Shown one piece after another: positions 13,901 through 26,287 of a stretch of 64,000 bases of DNA. This stretch comes from Pocillopora damicornis. Its lineage: Eukaryota. Made by a program: the position numbers and the translations under genes. The notes under the pieces were generated by a model. That model worked only from the letters and a program-made list of their open reading frames with translations, searched no databases and had not been told where the DNA came from. The stretch covers positions 124,001 through 188,000 of the forward strand of contig NW_020843614.1 of the NCBI RefSeq assembly GCF_003704095.1, read 5' to 3'. The stretch's first letter is position 1. Every line of letters starts with the position of its first letter.

Positions 13901-15296
13901 TTAGTCGCATGATCCATCTTTCCAACCATCAAGCCATCGCTCATCAACCTTTGAATAATCAAATTCTTTTTTTCCAAGCCTCTTGTTCACTTCATTAAGC
14001 ACATGGCACATCCACTGACAAAAACTGTATCTGTTGCTTATGTCATGGGGGTGAGTTTGTAACCTGAATGAAAAAAAAAATCACGATAAACAGTACACAA
14101 TTTTCAGTCAAATGAAAAATCTAATGCCTGTATTGCTGCTCTAAAACTTACCTTTCTCTAAGATGTGAAGCACAATCTTCACAGGGATAAAATTTGGAAA
14201 ATATTTTTACAAAACCAGCCATGTCATTTTGTTGTTGTTGGGAAGTATTGTGTGGATAATAAGCAGCCATTGTGTGAAGAAAGTTCCATGTTGATCGGCC
14301 TATCAAGGGGACACTCTATACTGGATTCATCCTGAGATGCTGAGTCATGGCTTTGAGATGAGTTCTTGCTATAACTCTGTTAAAAAAAATGAATAAAAAC
14401 ATGCAACTAGTGAAAGGAGATAATTTCATAATACTAGAAAGTGAAAAACAGTAGAAAAGGAAAGATGAAAAAGGAAATCTGTAAGGAGAGAAGTTCAAAG
14501 GAAGGGATGACTGGGAGGGGTGACAGGAAAGATGACGGGGGGAGTGGGGAGACGAAGGGAGAGGAGTGTGTAGGGAAGAAGGAAACCAGAAAGTATGTCA
14601 GGAGGAAGGGGAGGGAGGGGGAAAACAAGAGGTTGTCATTGAACTCTACACTCTGACCACAAAGACCATGAGACGCCCTAAAATAACAAGTTGGAGGTGT
14701 TATGCTACTGTATCTAGCTCGAGTAGCACGGAAAGGGAATAATACTGATCAAAGTAGTTAGGCATCTGTTTAACAGGTCTTAACAGTGTCTTATTAATAG
14801 TTACGATTATGCTTGACTGAATATTAACTGTTCACTATCCTTGGAAAGGTTAATGAGCAACCGAAGGCTATTTGAGTGGAGCCGTAATTTCCTAACAAAA
14901 TCGACAGTCACCCACTCCGGTAGTTATGCATGCGCTCGCATACTATGGAAACGCTTTCAGTGATTTGAAATAGCTTCTGATGAGAATTGGGTTAAAAATT
15001 AAAATTAAAGGATTATTCAAGATTTCTGAGAGGAGCTTATCATTGCCACCTAAAATTTGGGGCAATCGAATAACACATGATGCAACCCAGGTGATGTAAC
15101 ATAATTTCTCCTTCACGTCGTAATGATGTTCTTTTTTCAAATATGTTGTAGTTCGGATTCTATTGATTTTGTGATGATCTAAAAACCTTACCGTTGTACA
15201 TTTGTTTCTATTCCCTTGATTCATCCATGACTTGAAATCCGTACATGCACGACAGGGCTTTTAACGATGCAGAGGAGACATGTCTTGGTCCGACAT
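13901..15296 (-). pseudogene. GFER: Unprocessed GFER/ALR pseudogene
   Basis: Exons 15296-15192, 14376-14152, 14063-13901 with intact GT/AG. AAA>TAA stop at codon 12 (15261-15263); 11-bp frameshifting deletion near 14300; HN>LN and DCS>DYS substitutions in exon 3. Confidence 0.92.
14445..14630 (+). repeat. Polypurine (G/A-rich) low-complexity tract in GFER-pseudogene intron 1
   Basis: Strong purine bias; the homologous position in the intact gene (24598-24900) is partly an N gap followed by the pyrimidine-rich complement. Confidence 0.75.
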
Positions 15297-17384
15297 CTTT
15301 ACAGAAATTAGTCAATACGTTACGTAAGAGCACATGACTAGCACTAACAAACAATTTGTGCGCCCGCGTTCCTTAGTACTGGGCAAACGGTAACAAAGGG
15401 CGGTAGGTTGTCTGCTCCGATAGATCTTTGAGGTAGCTCTTTGGCCTCCTGTAATCACTATCCTTATGTTCCTCTTGGGGTTTACCTAACGCTATTAAAA
15501 CCCACAAAATGTTAGACTTTCAGTCATATCACCGCGGTCTTTTGGTATCTCTTTGCTCCACGACCTAGATTCAGGATGTTACGTGAAGCTAACGAAGCAA
15601 GTAACCAACATGTCACAGCCTTTATCCACAAATATCCTTTTATCCTTGTTTTTTCGAGGGTTAAGCCAGTAAAAATTGACCGCACTTTTGCACGCATGCC
15701 ATTGTGGACGTTAGCCAAAGTCGATTTTGTCACATTTGCATGACGACGTTATTTACGGACAACGCGGTATTTGCACAGTTTCACTTTCTAAGGATAAATT
15801 ATACACTATGCATGTTACATTATGCATCGATAGCAAAAGTGGAGCCAAGATATATGTAAGTTATCTTTACACTCCCAAATTATATTTTAACTCTAACCCA
15901 GTCGGATCTTCATTGTCGCGTAATTCCATCTTCATGCGTCAGCGGCCATTTGTTTTTGACCTTCCTCACCTGAACAGAGGAGAGAGTACCCACATTAAAG
16001 ATGTATTCCCGTAATTCATCTCTGCATAGTTCAAATTTCGTTAAATGAACTAAATATGCAGAGTGTGTTTTTATATAATGTAGATACGTGAGACGCATTT
16101 GTGGAAAGCGCGGGAGTAATTTTTCTGCAGAAACAATTCAAGGCATTCTATTTTTCGCGCTTTAAACACTGCCGCACGATGATGTTTACGGTAATGAAGC
16201 TCAGTCTTAAGTGTGTCTAAAAATTCTAAGAAATTTGATATATCACGGGAGACTCAATATGGCAGCATTTTCTCCTCAGTAAAATATTAGTCAGTAATAC
16301 ACCTTCTCATGTCAAATCTTCATATGCACCATGAAACTTCCCGTCGTTTCTGCAATAACTTTCATAGTGAACTTAAAACTTTTGACATGGTAAATAATTC
16401 AATTGTTTCCCAATACTTAAACGCAGGATCAACTCGCCAATTTTTTTCTAGACTGAAATTGATACTCGGTAAGCATCATTTATTACCAATGTCTAAATAG
16501 AGCGGGCAGAAGTCACTTATTTATATGAAAAATCTAATGATTAAAACATTAAAAAGGGATTTGACGCAAAAATTTGAATAATAACCAAGATGAACACTTT
16601 CCACATTACAAATTTAATGGACTTTCAATTGTCTGTACATCAGCAGCTGCTGCGACAGGCAGACGCAACAACCATTTAAGTTCGAAACTGATATACATCG
16701 GCAACCTAATTAAAGGATGTTTTATAAATGGGCAGTCTGTGTACGTATTTATAACAACAATCTTCTTCTCGCTGGAGGATACCTAGTAAAACGACAGCTT
16801 TTGTAAGTGAAAAAAGTAATACATGTTTTTTTTTTCGCGCAAGCCGGTTTAACCAAATTAATTTACCCAAGATAAAGAGACTATTAATTAATTTGAAGTT
16901 TTTTCGCAAATATTCGTTTTATGTGAATATGATTCACGTGCGACATTTTTGGCCGACTACCCTGCGGAAACCATTGTGAAGATTTTTACCCAGACTAGCT
17001 ACGAACCGAAAAGGTGAAAAAAAACTTTGGACTCACCATGTGTTAAAAGCCTGTATAACACTGTTCAAACATTGAAGATGCAAGGTTAGCTGCTGACGAG
17101 TTTGTGGGTCTGGTTAATAGCTGAGATAACAGAAATATCCTTGCGTTCTGTAATCTACATCTACTAGTTATCATATCTACACTTTCTTATTCACAGATAG
17201 TATCATTACCTGACTTGTTTTGCAACTTATTTTGTGGGAGTAGAACACATTGTGGTGATGGTATACTTGTAGGTTTGTGAGCGTGGCTGCAGCACTGAAA
17301 ACGTGACACATGTACTGAGAATAAGTTTTGGGCAGAAACGATTCACAAAACGAACGCATTGACCACGACTCTTTAAGCCCCGCA

Positions 17385-18305
17385 ATGGAGAAGAACTTGC
17401 AATGGTGGACCGAGGTTGCAGTTATCATAACAGTATTCATCATAGGGCTTGTAGGAAACATATTTGTTCTTATCATAGTTAACGAGAGAAACGTTAGGAA
17501 GACAATTCATGGAACATTTGTTATAAGTCTGGCTATTGCAGATTTGGTTTTGCTGTGTTCGGATTCGCCTGTTTCTATTCTACAACACTTCAGCCTTACG
17601 TCTGAAACATACAACTGCAGAGTACATCTGACTGTTGTTACAACCGGATACAATGCAGGACTTTTCACCATCACATCCATGGCGATCTATCGGTGCCATG
17701 CTGTAACAAATCCTTGGAGGCCAAAGCTAAAACGAAGAGGTGCAGTAATATGGGTGTCCTTCGTGTGGCTGGCAGCTTTTATTTTCGTTATTCCACTCAT
17801 TGTTGTTAGTAAAATAACAAAAGATGGCAAATGTATAGAAGATTGGCCTTCCCTTGCTCATCGCCAGGCATACACTGTCTTACTCCTCACAGCACAGTAT
17901 ATTTTACCGCTGCTGATTACTGCAATTTGCTACATACGAATATGGCTTTTTATGAGAAATCGACCGGTGTTTCCGAGAAACAGCAATTTATTCACTAACA
18001 GACGGATCCCAGGAGAAGAAAATACAAGAGAGAGTATGATAATACTGAAAACCGTGGCAGTAATTGTGTTCTTGTTTTTGGTGTTGTTGTTGCCTAATCA
18101 AGTCGCGTGGATGCTGTTGGATTTCAGAAATGTTTCCTATGAAGAACTTTGGTTTGTTGCAGATATACTAACAAGACTCCATAGCTGTCTAAACCCAGTC
18201 GTCTATGGGGTGATGAATAAACAGTACCGTCGTAGTTACGTCACGTTTTTAACACGCACCCTGTGCTACCGTCACGTGTCACGTGTCGCGCAGGCGCCAA
18301 CATAG
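17385..18305 (+). CDS. Intronless class A GPCR paralog 1 (306 aa)
   Basis: First ATG at 17385; seven hydrophobic segments, GN (TM1), LAIADL (TM2), C3.25 and ECL2 Cys, YRC at the DRY site, NPVVY (TM7). Confidence 0.93.
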   Translation: MEKNLQWWTEVAVIITVFIIGLVGNIFVLIIVNERNVRKTIHGTFVISLAIADLVLLCSDSPVSILQHFSLTSETYNCRVHLTVVTTGYNAGLFTITSMAIYRCHAVTNPWRPKLKRRGAVIWVSFVWLAAFIFVIPLIVVSKITKDGKCIEDWPSLAHRQAYTVLLLTAQYILPLLITAICYIRIWLFMRNRPVFPRNSNLFTNRRIPGEENTRESMIILKTVAVIVFLFLVLLLPNQVAWMLLDFRNVSYEELWFVADILTRLHSCLNPVVYGVMNKQYRRSYVTFLTRTLCYRHVSRVAQAPT

Positions 18306-19422
18306 GATAAAAGATAAAGATGAAAGATACATAGTTTATTCACAATCGCTTTGCAACTAGAAATTGAATTACACGCTTATTACAAAAGATGATATCAATA
18401 GTAAGATTAAATAGAACTATCAGTGGTTTAAAGCAAGTTTTTACGAAAATTTGTTTTTACATCTGTTTTGGTTATAAATGAAATATGTCGATTAAATCTA
18501 AAATTCTATCAAAATAGGTTTAGGCTTTAAGGGCATTAAAAGTGATAAAACTNNNNNNNNNNNNNNNNNNNNNNNNNNNNNNNNNNNNNNNNNNNNNNNN
18601 NNNNNNNNNNNNNNNNNNNNNNNNNNNNNNNNNNNNNNNNNNNNNNNNNNNNTAAATTTAGTTCGAAGTCATACTGCGCAGCTATTTTAAGAACGGTGTC
18701 TCACTAACCATACGTAATAAGTTACAATAGGCTTTGATTTTTTACCAAGGCAATTCCAGAAAAGACTGATTATGTTACGAAAAACAGTTTTTTTAAGCCG
18801 CAAGAGGACTTGAACTCAACTTTACAGCGCTGAGTCGGGTGAAAATGATTGGAATAAACTAAGATATAAGAGACTAATTTGAGTTTCACCGGGCTAAGGA
18901 CAACGTTTAAAGGTCAGGTTGTCAGAAACACGATTTTCTTAACTTATTCTCTTGTTTCACAGTTGTTTTAAAAAAATGTTAACCTAGAAAAAATTAGTGG
19001 CCCGTCGGCAGGGAGACAGGCGAAAGGTGATAGCTTTTGTAACGAAGTAAGATTAGTTCATGAAAAGATATTGAAAAGAAAAATGAATGAATTATTCATC
19101 AATTTATACAGGGAAATCCTTGTTATGAACTCATGAGCCCTTTGTATTTAATTGAGCTGTATAGCCCCGCTTTTAGAGAATCAATCCACATCCGGGCCTT
19201 AAGGCAATTTATTATAAATGCCACTCCCCTCCACCGATGCGCCATTTCATTATGAAACAAGAAATCAAAGCTTCAATATTGAACTCTAAGGAATATTTAT
19301 ACAAAATGACTGTAATGTAGTTACAATTTGCGTTCATTCAGTTATTTGGTAACACTTCGGTTGAAAATAATATCTTATTTAGCCCTTATCAACAGATGTA
19401 ACTGAAATATACGAATAAATAA

Positions 19423-20667
19423 GTTAATTTTATTTGGAAAGTTAAAGAAATAACTCATATTGAAACCAAATTTAACTCAACAAAAATTATGTACATTTAA
19501 GATATAAGACAAGAAGGTTGACAATTAAGTTATCATATATACGCTTGCCAAAATTTGCTAAGCCAGACGAGCGCATATTAGTAAACACATTAGAGAACCG
19601 TATTGCATTGCTTTCCGATTATGAACAAGTTAATACCGTGATGGTGCTTATGTCAAAGATGAGAACTTCGAGTGATCGTTACAAATACTACACAAGTCGC
19701 GCACCTTTAATCATGTTTCAGGAGGAATAGACAACGAGCAGTCCCTCCTTTTCGCCGAAGTCCATCGCGCAAGTAAAGGAATAAAATCAGTGGAAAAAAT
19801 TGATGTCTGCGTACCTCACTTCTAGAGTTCCGTGGCGCACTAAAATTATTTTTCTTTTCACAGATTCTTTTTTTCCTCGAGTGATGGACTTCACTCGAGG
19901 AAAGATCAGATCAGACTGCTTGTAGTCTACAAAATGAATCTTAACATCTACTACTTTATAACTGCACTTCTTACGTAAAAGTCTTTTTACTTCTGCTNNN
20001 NNNNNNNNNNNNNNNNNNNNNNNNNNNNNNNNNNNNNNNNNNNNNNNNNNNNNNNNNNNNNNNNNNNNNNNNNNNNNNNNNNNNNNNNNNNNNNNNNGTT
20101 AATTTTATTTGGAAAGTTAAAGAAATAACTGATATTGAAACCAGATTTAACTCAACAAACATTATGTACATTTAAGATATAAGACAAGAAGGTTGACAAT
20201 TAAGTTCTCATATATACGCTTGTCTAAATTTGCTGAGCCAGACGAGCGCACACTAATAAATAGATTAGAGAACCGTATTGCATTGCTTTTGGATTATGAA
20301 CAAGTTAATACCATGATGGTGCTTATGTCAAAGATTAGAGCTTCGAGTGATCGTTACAAATAATATACAAGTCGTGCACAGTTTTCAATCAGGTTTGAGC
20401 AGGAATAGACAACGAGCAGTCTCTCCTTTTGCCGAAGTCCATCGCGCAAGTAAAGGAATAAAATCAGTGGAAAAAATAATTGATGTCTGCGTACCTCACT
20501 TCTAGAGTTCCGTGGCGCACTAAAATCATTTTTCTTTTCACATATTTTTTTCCTCGCGCGACGGACTTCGCCGAAAAGATCGGACTGCTTGTAGTCTACA
20601 AAATGAATCTTAACGTCTACTTCTTTAGAACTGCACTTCTTCTGTAGAAAGTCTTTTTACTTCTGCT
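19423..20667. repeat. Tandem ~575 bp direct duplication (19423-19997 / 20098-20667) across a 100-N gap
   Basis: Both copies run gttaattttatttggaaag...gtctttttacttctgct. Confidence 0.88.
19728..19929. mobile_element. MITE-like element (second copy 20406-20598)
   Basis: Terminal inverted repeats tagacaacgagcagtc ... gactgcttgtagtcta. Confidence 0.65.
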
Positions 20668-21498
20668 ATTGTTTCCGATATAAATTGATCCTGCAAATAG
20701 CCAGCTATTTTCTTTCCAGGATTTTAAAAAGGCTTGTGTGTTTCTATCACCTTGAATTATAGCCCCTGTAAATGCATATTTTTCTCTATGACGAGATCAC
20801 TCAGCTGTTAGATTCTTGTTTCTTCTTTTTCTCTTTTTGGTGACATCAGTGACGTGAGACGAGTGTAAGAGACACGTGACTCCCCAGTGGCATAAATCAT
20901 TAATGTGACATAACTTAAACGATCTGGTCTGGGTACCCGTGAGTTAGAGCAGTTTTTCTGCACTTGTATTTGACCGATCACAGAGTATGCATGTCTTGTC
21001 TCCCCACGTACCTTTCCAACGAGAATGAAGGAGAACAAAAGCGACCAATTCGCATCGTCTTTCCCTTTTGCTCATAGAATGAGGCATTGGCTGAATCAGA
21101 CTTAAATAAATTTCAGATCGCCGTCAGGAACTATTTTATAAATTATTCAATAACTTCTTCAGTGTGAGCTCCATGACCTTCTTCCTGTTCGTAGCACAAG
21201 TACTTTGAACTTTAGAAACAAACAGAAGTTTAAGCCCGTGTTCAAGACAGAAATCTTTCTTAACAGTTTTATCACTTTTAATGCCCTTAAAGCCTAAATT
21301 ATTTTGTCAGAATTTTATATTTAATCGAAATATTTTATTTATAACCGTAACAGATGTACAAACATATTTCCATAAAAACTTCCTTTAAACCACTGATACT
21401 TCTTTTTAATGCTACTATTGATATCGTCATTTTTAATAAGCGTGTAATTCAATTTCTTAGTTTCTGAGCGATAGTGAATAAACTATGTATCTTTCATC

Positions 21499-22072
21499 CT
21501 ATGTTGGCGCCTGCGCGACACGTGACACGTGACCGTAGTACAGGGCGCGTGTTAAAAACGTGACGTAATTACGACGGTACTGTTTATTCATCACTCCATA
21601 AACGACTGGGTTTAGACAGCTATGGAGCCTTGAAAATATATTTGCAACAAACCAGAGCTCTTCGTAGGAAACATTTCTGAAATCCAACAGCATCCACGCG
21701 ACTTGATTTGGCAGCAACAATACCGAAAACAAGAACACAATTACTGCTACGGTTTTCAGTATTATCATACTCTCTCTTGTATTTTTTACTCCCGGGATCC
21801 GTCTGTTAGTGAATAAATTGCTGTTTCTCGGAAACACCGGTCGATTTCTCATAAAAAGCCATATTCGTATGTAGCAAATTGCTATTATCAGCAGCGGTAA
21901 AATATACTGTGCTGTGAGGAGTGAGACGGTGTATGCCTGGCGATTAGCAAGGGAAGGCCAATATTCTTTACATTTGCCATCTTTTGTTATTTTACCAACA
22001 ACAGTGAGTGGAATAACAAAAATAAAAGCTGCCAGCCACACGAAGGACACCCATATTACTGCACCTCTTCGT
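21499..22072 (-). CDS. Class A GPCR paralog 2 (duplicate of 17385-18305); 5' part lies in gap 22073-22172
   Basis: Open frame from TM4 to RVAQAPT*, highly similar to paralog 1; sequence beyond the gap matches the 5' flank of paralog 1. Confidence 0.85.
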
Positions 22073-24057
22073 NNNNNNNNNNNNNNNNNNNNNNNNNNNN
22101 NNNNNNNNNNNNNNNNNNNNNNNNNNNNNNNNNNNNNNNNNNNNNNNNNNNNNNNNNNNNNNNNNNNNNNNNTTCAGTGCTGCAGCCACGCTTACAAACT
22201 TACGAATATACCATTACTACATTACCATTACTACCATTACTACTGTTCTACGCCCACAAAATAAGTTGCGAAACAAGTCAGGTAACGATACTATCTGTGA
22301 ATAAGGAAGTGTAGATATGATAACTAGTAGATGTAGCTTACAGAACGCAAAGATTTTTCTGTTATCTTTGCTAGTTTGGGTAAAATCTTCACAATGGTTG
22401 CCGCAGGGAAGTCGGCCAAAAATGTCGCGCGTGAATCATATTCACACAAAACGAATATTTGCGAAAAAATTTCAAATTAATTAATATTCTCTTTATTTTG
22501 GGTAAATTAATTTGGTTAAACCGGCTTGCGCGAAAAAAATACATGTATTGCTTTTTTCACTTACAAACGCTGTCGTTTTATTACGTGTCCTCCAGCGAGA
22601 AGAAGATCGAAATTATATATACGTACACAGACTGCCCATTTATAAAACATCCCTTAATTAGGTTGCCGATGCATATCAGTTTCGAACTTAAATGGTTGTT
22701 GCGTCTGCTTGTCGCAGCAGCTGCTGGTGTACAGACAATTGAAAGTCTATTTAATTTGTATTGTGGAAAGTGTTTATCTCGGTTATTATTCAAATGTTTG
22801 CGTCAAATCTCTTTTAAAATATTTTAATCATTAGATTTTTCATACAAATAAGTGACTTCTGCCCGCTCTATTTAGGCAGTGGTAAAAAATGATGCTTACC
22901 GGGTGTCAATTTCATTCTAGAAAAAAATTGGCGAGTTTATCCTGCGTTTAAGTGTTGGGAAACAATTGAATCATTTACCATGTCAACAGTTTTAAGTTCA
23001 CCATAAAAGTTATTGCAGAAACGACGGAAGTTTTTATGAGAAGGTGTATTACTGACTAATATTTTACTGAGGAGAAATTGCTGCCACATTGAGTCGCCCG
23101 TGATATATCAAATTTCTTAGAATTTTCAGACACACTTAAGGCTGAGCTTCACTGCCGTAAACATCATCGTGCGGCAGTGTTTAAAGCGCGAAAAATAGAA
23201 TACAATGGTGCACGAACACCTTGAATTATTTTTGGACAAAAGTTACTCCCGCTCTTTCCCCAGACGCGTCTCACGTATCTACATTATATAAAAACACACT
23301 TTTGCATATTTAGTTCATTTAGCGAAATATGATAAGATGAACTATGCAGAGATCAATTACGGGAATATATCTTTAATGTGGGTACTCTCTCCTCTGTTCA
23401 GGTGAGGAAGGTAAAAAACAAATGGCCGCTGACGCATGTAGATGAAATTACGCAACAATGAAGATCCGACAGGGCTAGGGTTAAAATATAATTTGGGAGT
23501 GTGAAGATAACTTACATCTATATATCTTGGCCCCACTTTTGCTACCGATACATAACGTGCACACACGCGTATAATTTATCCGTAGAAAGTGAAACTGCGC
23601 AATTACCGTGATGTACATAAATAGCGTCGTCATGCAAATCTGAGAAAATTGACGTCGGCTAACGTCCACAATGGCATGCGTGTAAAAGTGCGGTCAATTT
23701 TTATCGGCTTAACCCTCGAGAAAAGAAGGATAAAAGGACATTTGTAGTTGAAGGCTGTGACATGTTGGTTACTTGCTTCGTTAGCTTCACGTAAACAAGG
23801 TCGTGGAGCAACGAGATACCAAGAGACCGTGGTGATACAACTGAAAGCCTAACATTTTGTGGGTTTTAATAGCGTTAGGTAAACCCCAAGAAGAAAATAA
23901 GGATAATGATTATTGGAAGGCATAAAGCTAACTCAAAGATCTGTCGGAGCCGCCCTTTGTTACCGTTTGCCCAGTACTAAGGAACGCGGGCGCATAAATT
24001 GTTCGTTAGTGCTGTGTCATGTGCTCTTACATGACGTATTGATTATTCCCCGTTAAG

Positions 24058-25483
24058 ATGGCAGACGAAGACATGTCTCCTCTGCATCGTAAAAAGCCCT
24101 GTCGTGCATGTAGAGATTTCAAGTCATGGATGAATCAAGGGAATAGAAACAAAAGTACTATGGTAAGGTCTTTAGATCATCACAAAATCAAAAGAATCAG
24201 AGCTATAACATATTTGAAAGAAGAACATCATCATGATGTGAAGGAGAAATTATGTTACATCACCTGGGTTACATCATCATTACACATGCACAAATGTTAT
24301 TCGATTGTCCCAAATTTTAGGTTTAGTTCTTCTCAGAAATCTCGAATAATCCCTTAATTTTAATTTTTAACCCAATTCTCATCAGAAGCTATTTCAAATC
24401 ACCAAAAGCGTTTCCACAGTATTATGCGAGCGCATGCATAGCTACCGGTATAGGTGACTTTCGATTTTGGTAAGAAATAACGGCTCCACTCAAATAGCCG
24501 TCGGTGGCTCATTAACCTTTCCAATGATAGTGAACAGCTAATATTCAGTCAAGCATAATCGTAACTATCAATGAGACACTGTTAAGACCTGTTAAACNNN
24601 NNNNNNNNNNNNNNNNNNNNNNNNNNNNNNNNNNNNNNNNNNNNNNNNNNNNNNNNNNNNNNNNNNNNNNNNNNNNNNNNNNNNNNNNNNNNNNNNNNNN
24701 NNNNNNNNNNNNNNNNNNNNNNNNNNNNNNNNNNNNNNNNNNNNNNNNNNNNNNNNNNNNNNNNNNNNNNNNNNNNNNNNNNNNNNNNNNNNNNNNNNNN
24801 NNNNNCCCCCCCCCCATATCTTTCCTGTCACCCCTCCCCTGTCATCCCTTCCTTTTTAACTTCTCTCCTTATAAATTTCCTTTTCTACCTTTCCTTTTCT
24901 ACCGTTTTTCACTTTCTAGTATTATGAAATTATCTCTTCTTAGAAGTTGAATTTTTTTGTTTATTTATTATTTTTTTTACCAGAGTAATAACAAGAACTC
25001 ATCTCAAAGCCATGACTCAGCATCTCAGGATGAATCCAGTGTAGAGTGTCCCCTTGATAGGCAAGAACTTGGCCGATCAACATGGAACTTTCTTCACACA
25101 ATGGCTGCATATTATCCAGACAATCCTTCCCTACAACAACAAGATGACATGGCTAGTTTTGTAAAAATATTTTCCAAATTTTATCCTTGTGAAGACTGTG
25201 CTTCACATCTTAGAGAAAGGTAAATTTGTCATAGTGCAGCCATACAAGCATTGGATTTTTCATTTTACTGAAAATTGTGTACTGTTTATCTTTATTTCTT
25301 TTTATTTTTTTTTTATTTAGGTTACAAACTCACCCCCCTGACACAAGCAACAGATACAGTTTTTGTCAGTGGATGTGCCATATGCACAATGAAGTAAACA
25401 GGAGGCTTGGAAAAAAAGAATTTGACTGTTCAAAGGTTGATGAGCGATGGCTTGATGGGTGGAAAGATGGATCATGCGACTAA
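24058..25483 (+). CDS. GFER: FAD-linked sulfhydryl oxidase ALR/Erv1 (167 aa)
   Basis: Exons 24058-24162, 24984-25219, 25321-25483, GT-AG, phases consistent. KPCRAC shuttle motif, ELGRSTW-LH, YPCEDC redox motif, CxxHNx[15 protein letters not shown] terminus. Confidence 0.97.
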
Positions 25484-26073
25484 TCAATGTATATAGTATT
25501 ACAATATGATTAGTCATCAGTGTCTAAAAACTGTAATAGTACTACACAGGAACCATGCAGGAGGAGGGGCTGGGGGACTGTAGCCCCCCCACTCTTTTAA
25601 ATTAAACAAAAAGTTATTTAACAAAAATAACAAAGCCAAAAATAGCCCCCCCACTCAAAAACTTGCTGCATGTTACTAAACATCTTTCAAAAGAAATATT
25701 GCTTATTTAAATGATTCTCCAGTGTGCTGGTTGATCCAGTATAGTTAGGGAAGAAATATTGTTGGGACAATGAAATATAACAACAAAAATAAAAATGAGA
25801 CAATATGTTAACCTTAGAAAATAAGGTATTTAATTGGTGCCTTCAGTGTGTAAGGGATATGGATTTTTATGAACAAAAGCTAAGCTCTTCTCAAATAGGA
25901 GTTGTGCAACCTTCAAACAAATAGATGTTTCCCCCACCAGAAAAACAAATACAAAAGCAAATGCTCCTCTTTGAGCTTGGCAAAAGCTATTACTTGAGAG
26001 GAAGTAAGATATAGCAATACTTTGTAGTATTCAGTGATATCACTGTAATTTGTAAAACTGTTTTAAAGTTTTG

Positions 26074-26287
26074 TTAACCCTTTGGCCCTGTAAGAGTGAC
26101 TGGCATCTAATTTCTCCTTACAATATCAGCCCTGAATCACACATTAAAGTCACAAGAATGAAGGACACGATTGCCTACTAAAGTAGCTCCTGATTGTTAA
26201 CAAATTTTCCTTGTCAGCACCTTACAATTAACATACACAGAATGGTATGATGAATATGCATACTGATGTTAGGGTGTAAAGGGTTAC
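26074..26287. mobile_element. TTAA-type (piggyBac-like) non-autonomous MITE, ~210 bp
   Basis: ttaa-cccttt ... aaaggg-ttac termini, same terminal style as 44405-44613. Confidence 0.65.

Larger units (their letters stand above)
13861..18552. repeat. Left arm of ~4.5 kb inverted segmental duplication (GFER pseudogene + GPCR)
   Basis: Collinear reverse-complement match to 21265-25523, from acactgatga (13861) to gtgataaaact (18552, gap edge). Confidence 0.93.
21265..25523. repeat. Right arm of the inverted segmental duplication (GPCR + intact GFER)
   Basis: Reverse complement of 13861-18552. Confidence 0.93.

Noticed and set aside
24163-24357. Continuation of ORF 24058..24357, and similar read-throughs at 39102-39279 and 60745-60852
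   Set aside because: Intron read-through past clear GT donors; homology stops at the splice site
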